DNA from: Candidatus Nealsonbacteria bacterium
GTDB taxonomy: Bacteria > Patescibacteriota > Minisyncoccia > Minisyncoccales > JANBVM01
Length of the DNA: 64,000 nucleotides
Reading direction: 5' to 3'
Assembly (NCBI GenBank): GCA_047456295.1
Contig: CP179887.1
Location: 111,159 to 175,158, forward strand
The position numbers and the translations under genes are program-made. The notes beneath the pieces were generated by a model. It was not told the DNA's origin and did no database searches. It saw only the letters and a program-made list of their open reading frames with translations. Within the stretch, counting starts at the first letter, position 1. Every line of letters begins with the position of its first letter. Of the stretch, positions 34,052 through 42,980 are shown in pieces.

Positions 34052-35458
34052 TCAGGCTTTTTTAATCTTAGTTCCTTCTTTTATATCTTCAATCAAATAA
34101 CCTAATCTTTTTATCTCTTTTCTAATTTTATCAGCTCTCTTCCATTCTTTTTTCTTTCGATAGTCTTCTCTTTCTTTAACCAACTTCCTTACTTTTTGAG
34201 GAATTTTTATTTTTTTAATTTTTACTAAATCTAAGCTGAAGATTCTATCAATTTTCTTAAAAAATTTCAGAATATCTCTTGCACCAGCTGGAGTTAATTT
34301 TCCTTTGTCCAAGAGCAGGTTTCCTTTATTCACCAGTCGGAAAACAGAAGACAAAGCAAGAGGGGTATTGAAATCATCATCCATGGCTTTGTCAAATTCT
34401 TTGTTTGTTTTTAATATCAGTCTTGAATTTAAATTCTTTTTAACTCTTCCTGCTCCTGTTCTTTTTGTTTGTTTTTGAATTTTATTTATAAATTCATCAA
34501 TCCTTTCAATTTCTTTTTTAGTCTGTAAAAGTAATTTCTTGGTGTAATTAATAGGGGAGCGGTAGTGGGTTTTTATCACAAGAAACCTCAGGATACGGGG
34601 AGAGGTTTTTTTAAGAAGTTCCCTGATGGTAATGAAGTTGCCCAGGGATTTTGACATCTTCCTGCCTTCAATGGTTAAAAATCCTGTATGCAGCCAATAC
34701 CTCACCAAAGGTGACTTTCCTGAGATTGCTTCCATCTGGGTTATCTCTGCCTCATGATGGGGGAAAATCAAATCTCTGGCTCCTCCATGAATATCGTATT
34801 GGGGTCCAAAATACTTTTCGGTAATGGCAGTATCCTCAATATGCCAGCCCGGTCTTCCCCAACCCCAAGGGCTTTTCCATTTTGGTTCTCCTGGTTTTGA
34901 AAACTTCCACAAACAGAAATCTCCTGGATTTCTCTTTTTCTTGCTTTCATCAATTCGAGAAACAGAATCTTCTGCCATTGTAGCTGTCCTTCCTGAAAGT
35001 TTTCCGTAATCTTTAAAACGCCCTATATCATAATATATTCCATCTTCTATCTTATAACCAAAGCCTTTTTTTATAAGTCTCTTTACCTGAGAAATTATTT
35101 CTTTAATGTGGTCTGTAGCTCTGGCATATTTAGTAACACTATCAATCTTTAAACTCTTTATGTCTTTTAAATATTCTTTTTCAAATTTATTGGCTAATTT
35201 CTTCCAGGAGATTTTCTTTTGTTTTGCTCTTTTTATAATCTTGTCATCAATATCTGTTATATTCTGCAAATAAAAAACCTTGTATCCTTTTTCCCGTAAA
35301 TATTTCACAATTGTGTCAAAGGCAATATATGTCCTGGCATGACCTATATGAGAAAAATCATAGACCGTTGGTCCGCAAACAAAGATGTTTATTTTTTTCT
35401 TTTTTCGGGGACGGAAGACTTGTTTTTTCCGTGAAAGCGTATTGTATAGTTTTAACAT
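34052..35458 (-). CDS. cysS: cysteine--tRNA ligase
   Basis: CGPTVYDFSHIGHART (HIGH) and KMSKSLGN (KMSKS). Confidence 0.95.
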   Translation of the reverse strand: MLKLYNTLSRKKQVFRPRKKKKINIFVCGPTVYDFSHIGHARTYIAFDTIVKYLREKGYKVFYLQNITDIDDKIIKRAKQKKISWKKLANKFEKEYLKDIKSLKIDSVTKYARATDHIKEIISQVKRLIKKGFGYKIEDGIYYDIGRFKDYGKLSGRTATMAEDSVSRIDESKKKRNPGDFCLWKFSKPGEPKWKSPWGWGRPGWHIEDTAITEKYFGPQYDIHGGARDLIFPHHEAEITQMEAISGKSPLVRYWLHTGFLTIEGRKMSKSLGNFITIRELLKKTSPRILRFLVIKTHYRSPINYTKKLLLQTKKEIERIDEFINKIQKQTKRTGAGRVKKNLNSRLILKTNKEFDKAMDDDFNTPLALSSVFRLVNKGNLLLDKGKLTPAGARDILKFFKKIDRIFSLDLVKIKKIKIPQKVRKLVKEREDYRKKKEWKRADKIRKEIKRLGYLIEDIKEGTKIKKA

Positions 35459-35553
35459 AGATTAAATTTATTATACTAAATTTTAAGTTTTTTTCCTATT
35501 TTTTTTCTAAGTTTTGGATTTGATTTCTCAGGGTTTTGTGATAAAATAGGTTA

Positions 35554-36150
35554 ATGAAAAAAGTAGATATTTTAGCTTCTTTAATCATTGGTTTTGTATG
35601 CGGACTTATCTTACCTCATGTTGAACTTTTTGCAGGAGTTTTTCCTGAGCAGATATTAAGATATTTCCCAATACTTCTGCCTGTTTTGTCTTTACTGGGC
35701 GTCTGGGTTTTAGAAACTGTTTTTAAGAAAACCCTCACTCTTGTACAATTTGGAAAATCGTTTTTGGTTGGAATATTAAATAGCTCCATTGATATGGGAG
35801 TATTTGATTGTTTAACATGGTTTTTTTCTATTGCTTCTGGCTGGATGCCTGTCTTGTTTAAAACCGTATCTTTTGGCTGTGGAGCAGTAAATTCATATTT
35901 CTGGAATAAGTTCTGGACTTTTCAAAAAAGGGATACCCAGGATAAAACCAAGGAGGCAGTACAGTTTTTCCTTGTGACATTTGGAGGGCTCTTAATTCAT
36001 ACAACAGTTATTTATGTTATGGTAAATATCATTGGTGTAAAGTTCGGAGTAAGTGAACGGATGTGGGCAAGTATTGGGAACATGATTGCTATTTTTACTG
36101 GTTTTGTCTGGAACTTCTTGGGTTATAAATTTTTAGTATTTAAAAAATAA
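35554..36150 (+). CDS. GtrA-family membrane protein
   Basis: NSYFWNKFWTFQKR and WNFLGYKFLVFKK. Confidence 0.7.
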   Translation: MKKVDILASLIIGFVCGLILPHVELFAGVFPEQILRYFPILLPVLSLLGVWVLETVFKKTLTLVQFGKSFLVGILNSSIDMGVFDCLTWFFSIASGWMPVLFKTVSFGCGAVNSYFWNKFWTFQKRDTQDKTKEAVQFFLVTFGGLLIHTTVIYVMVNIIGVKFGVSERMWASIGNMIAIFTGFVWNFLGYKFLVFKK

Positions 36151-36155
36151 AAGAT

Positions 36156-37277
36156 ATGTCTTTAGTGTTATACCGCAAATATCGTCCTCAGTCTTTTAGT
36201 GAAATGATAGGTCAGGAACATATTGTTAAAACCCTGACCAATGCCATTTCAAGGGAAATGATTTCCCATGCTTATTTGTTTTCAGGACCCAGGGGTTCAG
36301 GAAAGACCAGTTTGGCCAGGCTTTTGGCTAAAGCTGCCAATTGCCAAAATAGGAAAGATGGAGAATTTGAACCCTGCAATAAATGTTCTTCCTGTCTGGA
36401 AATCATGAAGGGAAGGTCAATGGATTTAATTGAGATTGATGCAGCTTCCCATCGGGGAATTGATGATATAAGGGAATTAAGAGACGGAATTCGTTTTGTT
36501 CCAACCAAATCAAAATACAAGGTGTTTATTCTTGACGAATGCCATCAGTTTTCAAAAGATGCAGCCAACGCTCTTTTAAAAACATTGGAAGAACCGCCTG
36601 ATCATGCTATTTTCATTCTGGCCACAACCCAGGTTCATAAAATGATTCCCACAATCATATCGAGGTGTCAAAGATTTGATTTTTGGAAACTCAGGCTGCC
36701 TGAAATAGTTAAAAAAATAACCTTTATATCTAAAAAAGAAGATGTTAAGATTGAAAAGCCAGCTTTGGAACTGATTGCTTTAAATGCCGGAGGTTCATTC
36801 AGGGACGCAGAAAGTCTGCTCAACCAGCTATTTACCCTTCATAGAGATTCTAAAAAAGAGATTAAAGCTGAAGACATTAAGGATTTGTTGGGATTGGTGG
36901 AAATAGAATTGGTCAGCAAATTTACTGATTTTCTCTGTGATAAAAAAACCTTTAAAGCTATAAATTATTTAAATGAAATCAATGAAAAAGGTTTGAATTT
37001 AGAGGAATTTGCCAAAACCCTGGTTAATTATTTAAGAAAAGCATTGATTTTAAAGATAATGGAAGATGGAGGAAATCCTGTTTCTGTACGGGGATATATG
37101 TCTGGTTTGACAAACGAGGAAATCCAAACGCTTAAAAGGCAGGCTGGAAACTTTAAAGAAGAAGATTTGATAAGAACTGTAAATATATTTCTGGAAGCCC
37201 AAAATAAAATGAAATATTCACCAATACCACAATTACCTTTAGAATTGGGGATTGTGGAAGTTTGCGGGGTGGTGTAA
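36156..37277 (+). CDS. dnaX: DNA polymerase III subunit gamma/tau (short form)
   Basis: YRKYRPQSF, HAYLFSGPRGSGKTS, a Cys cluster (CQNRKDGEFEPCNKCSSC), ILDECH and SRCQRF. The last 15 nt overlap tRNA-Gln. Confidence 0.9.
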   Translation: MSLVLYRKYRPQSFSEMIGQEHIVKTLTNAISREMISHAYLFSGPRGSGKTSLARLLAKAANCQNRKDGEFEPCNKCSSCLEIMKGRSMDLIEIDAASHRGIDDIRELRDGIRFVPTKSKYKVFILDECHQFSKDAANALLKTLEEPPDHAIFILATTQVHKMIPTIISRCQRFDFWKLRLPEIVKKITFISKKEDVKIEKPALELIALNAGGSFRDAESLLNQLFTLHRDSKKEIKAEDIKDLLGLVEIELVSKFTDFLCDKKTFKAINYLNEINEKGLNLEEFAKTLVNYLRKALILKIMEDGGNPVSVRGYMSGLTNEEIQTLKRQAGNFKEEDLIRTVNIFLEAQNKMKYSPIPQLPLELGIVEVCGVV

Positions 37278-37333
37278 CGGTAGCACGGGGGACTTTGACT
37301 CCCTTAATCTAGGTTCGAATCCTAGCCCCGCAG
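37263..37333 (+). tRNA. tRNA-Gln (anticodon UUG)
   Basis: Hand-folded 71-nt cloverleaf. Acceptor TGCGGGG/CCCCGCA (U1:A72), discriminator G, anticodon loop CTTTGAC, T-arm CTAGG-TTCGAAT-CCTAG. Confidence 0.85.
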
Positions 37334-37342
37334 CAGGCTTGT

Positions 37343-37363
37343 GCTCGGTTCGAGCGACCGAGA
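37343..37363 (+). repeat. GC-rich hairpin repeat, copy 1
   Basis: GCTCGGTTCGAGCGACCGAGA matches 48397-48417 at 20 of 21 positions. The stem is CTCGGT/ACCGAG. Confidence 0.7.
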
Positions 37364-37372
37364 GGCATTATT

Positions 37373-37393
37373 AACCCGATTTTTCGGGTTTTT
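37373..37393 (+). terminator. Rho-independent terminator after tRNA-Gln
   Basis: AACCCGA (37373-37379) pairs with TCGGGTT (37384-37390), followed by a T-run. Confidence 0.65.
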
Positions 37394-37415
37394 ATTACGT
37401 CAAAAATCGACAAAA

Positions 37416-37444
37416 TTGACAACGAGAAAATAAAAGTATAAGAT
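37416..37444 (+). promoter_or_regulatory. putative island promoter
   Basis: TTGACA (37416-37421), a 17-nt spacer, then TAAGAT (37439-37444). The -35 lies within the tandem repeat AAAATCGACA/AAAATTGACA. Confidence 0.4.
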
Positions 37445-37454
37445 AAAGAATAAT

Positions 37455-37631
37455 ATGGACAAACTTTTAACTATTAAAGAAGTAGCTAAAATCCTCCGAG
37501 TCAGCGAGCGATCAGTTAATCGCTATATTGAATCTGGTCGACTTAGAGCTTCGCGTATTGGTCAATGGAGAATAAAACAAAGTGATCTTAATAAATTTTT
37601 AGATAAATACTCAAATGTCAAAAGAAAATAA
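37455..37631 (+). CDS. excisionase-family / MerR-like HTH DNA-binding protein (58 aa)
   Basis: LTIKEVAKILRVSERSVNRYIESGRLRASRIGQWRI is the typical excisionase-type HTH pattern. Below the ORF-track cutoff. Confidence 0.6.
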   Translation: MDKLLTIKEVAKILRVSERSVNRYIESGRLRASRIGQWRIKQSDLNKFLDKYSNVKRK

Positions 37632-37653
37632 TTGTTAAATTCATTACTAAACT

Positions 37654-39669
37654 ATGGAAAACTTATTACACAATTTAAAAGCTTTGCTTCAAAAAGACGA
37701 GCGCCTCGTGAGCGAAGGCGAGCTTTTGAAGAATAAAATTATTGAACTTGGTTTAAAGTTGGATAAGAACCTCATCAAACTTCTTTTATCGGATAAAAAG
37801 ATGAAAGAAGTATTTTTTGCTGATATACGCCAAACACTTGTTTTTGATAAAGAGAAATTTATTCGCTTTGTTTCAAACAAGCAATTTTTACCCGATTCTT
37901 ATACTGGTTTTAAGAATAAAATTGGATTAACAGTGAAAGATGAATATTTGAGCGAGAAAAAAGAGGTTGTGCTTTCCTGGCCCTATAAGGATTGTGTTTT
38001 GGAAGGCGGAATGACAAAAGAAGACCAAAAGCGCAATGAGATTTTCTGGAATGAGATTTTAGCGCCTGATGAAATCAGCCGCCTACTTGACCCAAAAGTT
38101 TTTACCAACGCAAAAAGGATTGATAAAAAAGGCGAGCATAAATTAAACGGATTTAGAACCGATGAAAATGGAAATATTAAAGACAATCTCATTATTAAAG
38201 GCAACAACCTTTTAGCATTACATTCCCTTAAAAAACGCTTCGCCGGAAAAGTAAAACTCATTTACATCGACCCGCCGTATAATCGCGAAGCTGATGCATT
38301 CTACAATGATAGCTTCAAACATTCTACTTGGCTTACCTTTATGAAAAACCGATTAGAGATAGCAAGAGACTTGTTAAAAGAAGAAGGAATCATTTTTGTG
38401 CAATGTGATGATAGCGAGCAAGCCTATCTTAAAGTATTAATGGACGAAGTCTTTGGAAGAAATAATTTTTTAAATCAAATTTCCTGGGAAAGATCAGCGG
38501 TTGCCGGATTAGGTCAAGGAGCATCTTTTGCTGTCAATGTTACAGAGTGGATAATTGTCTATGCTAAAGATAGAAATTATCTTACTGTAAACACTAACTA
38601 CGTGTTTAAAAAGAAATATCCTTTTGAGAAATTAAGAGGTTATTCAAAAATATTGGTTAACGCTGGTAAGAAAAAATTAATTGAGAGTCTTAAATCAAAA
38701 TCTAGTGGTAAAGATGTAAAGATTTATAAACATTTCAAATATAAAGTTGAAAATATTAATTTTTCTAAATTATCACAGAAAGATATAAATAATATCTACA
38801 GTAAAAATTTTAATATTATATTTAGGCCTTTTCTAGTTCAAAAAGAAAATAAATTTCAACATAGTTTAATAAAAAAAATGGACCGTGGGTTATATTCTGT
38901 CGAATACATCCCTAGCAGAGGCAAAAACGCAGGCAAGAGAACTACACTTTTTTACTGGAATAAAGAATTAGTGGCTTTTTTGAAAAATAGTGCAGCGGTG
39001 CAAGAGGGAAAAGTTATAAAATTAGAAAATCCAAATGACTTTTGGACAAGAGACGAAATTTCAAATGCCGCCCGAGGAGAAGGAGGTATTAAAGGTCTTG
39101 ACAGAACAAAAAAACCAGAAATTTTAATGCAGAGAATTATTGAATGGACAGCTACTTCAAATGATATTGTTTTAGATTTTTTTATGGGAACAGGAACTAC
39201 TTGCGCTGTTGCCCATAAAATGGGACGCCAATATATAGGAATTGAACAACTTGATTACGGAGAAAATAGCGCAGAAGTGAGATTAAAGAATGTTGTCAAT
39301 GGTGATCCAACAGGTATCTCAAAATCAGTCGGCTGGAAAGGCGGTGGAGATTTTGTTTATTTAGAGCTTATGAAATGGAATGAAAATTTTGTAGATAGAA
39401 TTCAGAAAGCAAAAACAAAAGCTGATCTTAAAAAACTCTGGAAAATAATGAAGAAGAAAGCCTTTTTAAGTTATAAGGTGGAGCCAAAGGTTATTGATGG
39501 AAACGCAAAAGATTTTGCTGATTTATCACTAGAAGGTCAAAAGCAATTTTTGCTTGAGTGTTTGGATAAAAACCATCTCTATATCAATTACAGCGAGATT
39601 GATGATGAGGATTATGGAGTGAGTAAGGGGAATAAGAAGTTAAATAAAGAGTTTTATAAATCCTTATAA
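37654..39669 (+). CDS. mod: type III restriction-modification methyltransferase (Mod, N6-adenine, beta class)
   Basis: IYIDPPYN (motif IV) lies upstream of VLDFFMGTGTTCAVA (motif I). A variable central region is consistent with a target-recognition domain. Confidence 0.85.
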   Translation: MENLLHNLKALLQKDERLVSEGELLKNKIIELGLKLDKNLIKLLLSDKKMKEVFFADIRQTLVFDKEKFIRFVSNKQFLPDSYTGFKNKIGLTVKDEYLSEKKEVVLSWPYKDCVLEGGMTKEDQKRNEIFWNEILAPDEISRLLDPKVFTNAKRIDKKGEHKLNGFRTDENGNIKDNLIIKGNNLLALHSLKKRFAGKVKLIYIDPPYNREADAFYNDSFKHSTWLTFMKNRLEIARDLLKEEGIIFVQCDDSEQAYLKVLMDEVFGRNNFLNQISWERSAVAGLGQGASFAVNVTEWIIVYAKDRNYLTVNTNYVFKKKYPFEKLRGYSKILVNAGKKKLIESLKSKSSGKDVKIYKHFKYKVENINFSKLSQKDINNIYSKNFNIIFRPFLVQKENKFQHSLIKKMDRGLYSVEYIPSRGKNAGKRTTLFYWNKELVAFLKNSAAVQEGKVIKLENPNDFWTRDEISNAARGEGGIKGLDRTKKPEILMQRIIEWTATSNDIVLDFFMGTGTTCAVAHKMGRQYIGIEQLDYGENSAEVRLKNVVNGDPTGISKSVGWKGGGDFVYLELMKWNENFVDRIQKAKTKADLKKLWKIMKKKAFLSYKVEPKVIDGNAKDFADLSLEGQKQFLLECLDKNHLYINYSEIDDEDYGVSKGNKKLNKEFYKSL

Positions 39670-39671
39670 TT

Positions 39672-40127
39672 ATGGACAACGAAGAATTAATAAAAATTAA
39701 AGAGGACGCTGTAAAAATTCAGATTAGCGATTTGCAAGATACAGTAAAAAGTATTGAAAATGAAAACATAAAATCTTCATTTATCTTGGGGTTTGCCGGA
39801 ATATTATTTGGTTTAGTTTTTAATAAGGTTGATATTTTACCTTTATGGCAAGCAATAGTTTTTATTATCTTATTGTTAAGCTCAATCAAGCTTGCTTTTT
39901 GGAATATAACAGCAAAAAAAGTCAATATTCACATCAATGTAGATGAAATCTTTGTAAACAACGAACCAAGAAAATGGGAAAAATATCTTAATTTTAAGCA
40001 TCTGCGATTGCGGAAAAATTATCGAAATGCTAAAAACCTGCTTTATCAAAAAGCTAATTATACAAGGTTATCTTTTGTATTATTAATTTTATCAGCGTTT
40101 TTCCTAGCAATAATACAACTTTTTTAA
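39672..40127 (+). CDS. 3-TM membrane protein embedded in the RM operon
   Basis: ATG lies 2 nt after the mod stop. Hydrophobic helices SSFILGFAGILFGLVF, LWQAIVFIILLLSSIKLAFW and LSFVLLILSAFFLAIIQLF. Confidence 0.5.
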   Translation: MDNEELIKIKEDAVKIQISDLQDTVKSIENENIKSSFILGFAGILFGLVFNKVDILPLWQAIVFIILLLSSIKLAFWNITAKKVNIHINVDEIFVNNEPRKWEKYLNFKHLRLRKNYRNAKNLLYQKANYTRLSFVLLILSAFFLAIIQLF

Positions 40128-40129
40128 TT

Positions 40130-40330
40130 ATGAGCACAAACAATAAAAAAATCGAAAAACATATAGGCGAACAAGCGCCTCTTAGTGCAAACAATCAAGG
40201 TTCTGATAATCAAAATCCCGAAAATAAGCCAGATAATGATCAGGAGAATTCTAATCAAGGTACAAGTAATCCATTAAAACCCCAAGAGACGCAAAAAGGT
40301 GTTAATGGTAAAGATATTAAGGAAAAATAA
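40130..40330 (+). CDS. small low-complexity N/Q/D/E/K-rich protein (66 aa)
   Basis: ATG lies 2 nt after the previous stop, and its own stop lies 1 nt before the res ATG. The composition suggests intrinsic disorder. Confidence 0.35.
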   Translation: MSTNNKKIEKHIGEQAPLSANNQGSDNQNPENKPDNDQENSNQGTSNPLKPQETQKGVNGKDIKEK

Positions 40331-40331
40331 T

Positions 40332-42944
40332 ATGCTTTACGAAGTTTTTAATTCATTAAAAGAAGCACACGGGCAGGATTATTTTACTCAACGGATTGAT
40401 GATGAAATAATCCAAAATCTCAATCCAAAATTTGAGTTGCGGGAGTATCAAAAAGAGGCATTGGGGCGATTTAATTTTTATTTTAACGGTTATCAAAAAA
40501 GACAATTCCCGGCCCAGCTTCTTTTTCATATGGCAACCGGAAGCGGTAAAACCCTCATAATGGCGGCTAATATTTTGTATTTATATAATCTTGGTTACCG
40601 CAACTTCATCTTTTTTGTAAACAGCACTAACATTATTGAAAAAACAAAAGATAATTTTTTAAATCCTTTGTCAGAAAAATATCTTTTTGCCCCCAAAATC
40701 AAATTTGGCGAAAAGCAAGCTGAGATTAAAGAGGTTCAAAATTTTGAAGCTACCAATCCGGAAAACATAAACATTATTTTTACTACTATTCAGGGACTAC
40801 ACACCCGCCTAAATTATCCAAAAGAAAACGCTTTAACTTATGAAGAATTTGAAGGAAAAGATATTGTTTTAGTTTCTGATGAAGCTCATCACCTGCAGAC
40901 ATTAACAAAATCTAAGTTAACCAAAACTGAAGAAGGAGAAAAAAGAAGCTGGGAGTATACAATTATTAAAGGAATTTTGAAGAGGAATTCTAAAAATATT
41001 TTGTTGGAATTTACAGCCACGATTGACCTAGGCAATCAAGGCATCAGGCAGAAATACGAAAACAAGATTATTTATCAGTATGATTTGAAGCAATTTCGCT
41101 TGGATAAATATTCAAAAGAAATCGAGGTTTTACAGGCAGATTTAGACCCTATTGACCGAGCTTTGCAAGCAGTTGTTCTAAGTCAGTATCGTAGAAAGAT
41201 TGCCGAAAAAAACAAAATAAGGTTAAAGCCGGTGATTCTTTTTAAGTCCAAAACTATTAAAGAATCAAAAGAAAATTATGAAGGTTTTTTAACGAAAGTA
41301 AAAAAATTATCTTCCAAGGATATACAAGAAATATATTCACGGGCAAAAGACACAAACTTAGAAAAAGCATTTAACTATTTTGAAAAAGAGAAAATAACCT
41401 TTGACAATTTAATTAGGGAGTTACAAGAGGATTTTTCTGAAGAAAAATGTATGCTTTTGGATTCTGAAAATGTTGATGAAGAGAAGCAGTTAAAACTTAA
41501 TTCTTTAGAGAACAAGAATAATGAGATGAGAGCCATTTTTGCAGTTAATATGCTCAACGAAGGTTGGGACGTGCTTAACTTGTTTGATATTGTTCGGTTA
41601 TACGATACGCGGGACGGAAAATGGGTTCACGGTAAGTATAAACCCGGCAAGACAACAATGGGTGAGGCGCAGCTTATTGGCAGAGGGGCAAGATATTTTC
41701 CATTTCAAATAGATGAGATACAGGATAAGTATAAAAGAAAATTTGATGATGATATAGAGAATGATTTGCGCATTTTAGAGGCATTATACTACCATAGCTC
41801 GCATAATCCGGATTATATTTCAGAATTAAAATCCGCTCTTATTGAAATTGGAATTTTACCGGAAAAGTATATTCAGAGAGATTTGTTTATTAAAAATTCT
41901 TTTAAGAAAACTGAATTTTGGAAAAAAGGTGTGATTTTTATAAATGATAGGATACAAAATCCCAGAACGGAAATATTTAGTTTGCAGGACGCAGAAATTG
42001 AAGAGAAATATAGACGCGAATTGAGAACTGGAGAAATTAAAGAAGAAATTATTTTAGATGAAGAAAAAAAACCAAAGTCATCAAAAAACATTGCACGCGG
42101 CAAGATGGTATATAAACTCGATGATTTTGGAGAAAATATAGTTCGAAACGCATTAGATAGGTTTGAGTTTTATAAATTTGGAACATTAAAGAAATATTTC
42201 CCGCATATAAAATCAGTTAAAGAATTTATTTCATCGTTTAATTATTTAGGTAGCGTTGAGATAGAAGTTTTAGGCCCAAAAGACAAAATAAATAAATTAA
42301 CTCCAACTCAAAAATTAGAAATGATTCTATTTGTAGTTAAAAAAATATCAGAACAAGCAAGAACTAATACTTCAGAATTCAGAGGGAGTAAATTATTTAA
42401 AGCAAAAATGTTGCAAGATATTTTTAGGGATAAAGTTTTAAAGTTAGATAAAGATAGTGAAAGAGCGAAAGAAATGGCTGAAGTAAATTTGGCGGATAAA
42501 AACTGGTATGCGCAAACCGATTTGTGTGGTACTAGCGAAGAAAGAGATTTCATTAAATTTATTGATGGATTTATAGAAAAGTTAAGACAGAAATATTCAG
42601 ATATTGCTTTACTTCGCAATGAGAAATTCTTTCAAGTTTTTGACTTTGATGAAGGCAGAGCATTTGAGCCGGATTTTATAATGATTTTGAAAAAGAGAAA
42701 TAGGACAATAAGTATTTATCAGATTTTTATTGAACCAAAAGGAGATCAATTTAAAGACAGTCAAGGCAGGTTTGAAAATTCTAAAGAAGGATGGAAAGAA
42801 AAATTTTTACTTGAAATGGAAGAAAAAGCAGACACTGATTTAAAATTGGAAAATAAACACTTTAAGCTAATGGGGTTGCCTTTTTACAACGAAAAATTAA
42901 AAAAAGATTTCGAGGAAGCTCTAGAAAATAAAATATTAAATTAA
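40332..42944 (+). CDS. res: type III restriction enzyme Res subunit (SF2 helicase plus PD-(D/E)xK nuclease)
   Basis: MATGSGKT, VSDEAHH, FTAT, QLIGRGAR and C-terminal FEPDF...IEPKG. ATG 40332 preferred over the track start. Confidence 0.85.
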   Translation: MLYEVFNSLKEAHGQDYFTQRIDDEIIQNLNPKFELREYQKEALGRFNFYFNGYQKRQFPAQLLFHMATGSGKTLIMAANILYLYNLGYRNFIFFVNSTNIIEKTKDNFLNPLSEKYLFAPKIKFGEKQAEIKEVQNFEATNPENINIIFTTIQGLHTRLNYPKENALTYEEFEGKDIVLVSDEAHHLQTLTKSKLTKTEEGEKRSWEYTIIKGILKRNSKNILLEFTATIDLGNQGIRQKYENKIIYQYDLKQFRLDKYSKEIEVLQADLDPIDRALQAVVLSQYRRKIAEKNKIRLKPVILFKSKTIKESKENYEGFLTKVKKLSSKDIQEIYSRAKDTNLEKAFNYFEKEKITFDNLIRELQEDFSEEKCMLLDSENVDEEKQLKLNSLENKNNEMRAIFAVNMLNEGWDVLNLFDIVRLYDTRDGKWVHGKYKPGKTTMGEAQLIGRGARYFPFQIDEIQDKYKRKFDDDIENDLRILEALYYHSSHNPDYISELKSALIEIGILPEKYIQRDLFIKNSFKKTEFWKKGVIFINDRIQNPRTEIFSLQDAEIEEKYRRELRTGEIKEEIILDEEKKPKSSKNIARGKMVYKLDDFGENIVRNALDRFEFYKFGTLKKYFPHIKSVKEFISSFNYLGSVEIEVLGPKDKINKLTPTQKLEMILFVVKKISEQARTNTSEFRGSKLFKAKMLQDIFRDKVLKLDKDSERAKEMAEVNLADKNWYAQTDLCGTSEERDFIKFIDGFIEKLRQKYSDIALLRNEKFFQVFDFDEGRAFEPDFIMILKKRNRTISIYQIFIEPKGDQFKDSQGRFENSKEGWKEKFLLEMEEKADTDLKLENKHFKLMGLPFYNEKLKKDFEEALENKILN

Positions 42945-42980
42945 AACCTTACGAAATTAATTGAGAAATAAAGAATATAT

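Noticed and set aside
36731-36738. A-rich heptamers in dnaX (TAAAAAAG at 36731, and similar at about 36845) as an E. coli-like -1 frameshift site producing gamma.
   Set aside because: The zero frame is AAA-AAA-GAA, not A-AAA-AAG. There is no downstream stem-loop, and the gene is already gamma-length.
37343-37363. The GC-rich hairpins as a tRNA, tRNA pseudogene or tmRNA 3' end.
   Set aside because: The GGTTCGAG core resembles a T-loop, but the loop between CTCGG and CCGAG is 9 nt rather than 7. No acceptor stem, D-arm or anticodon arm can be built around any copy, and the sequence differs from the 3' end of the adjacent tRNA-Gln.
37654-39669. Phase-variable simple sequence repeats in the type III mod gene (phasevarion).
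   Set aside because: I found no tetra- or pentanucleotide repeat tract and no long homopolymer. The longest is an A8 run at about 38871, inside a Lys-rich stretch.
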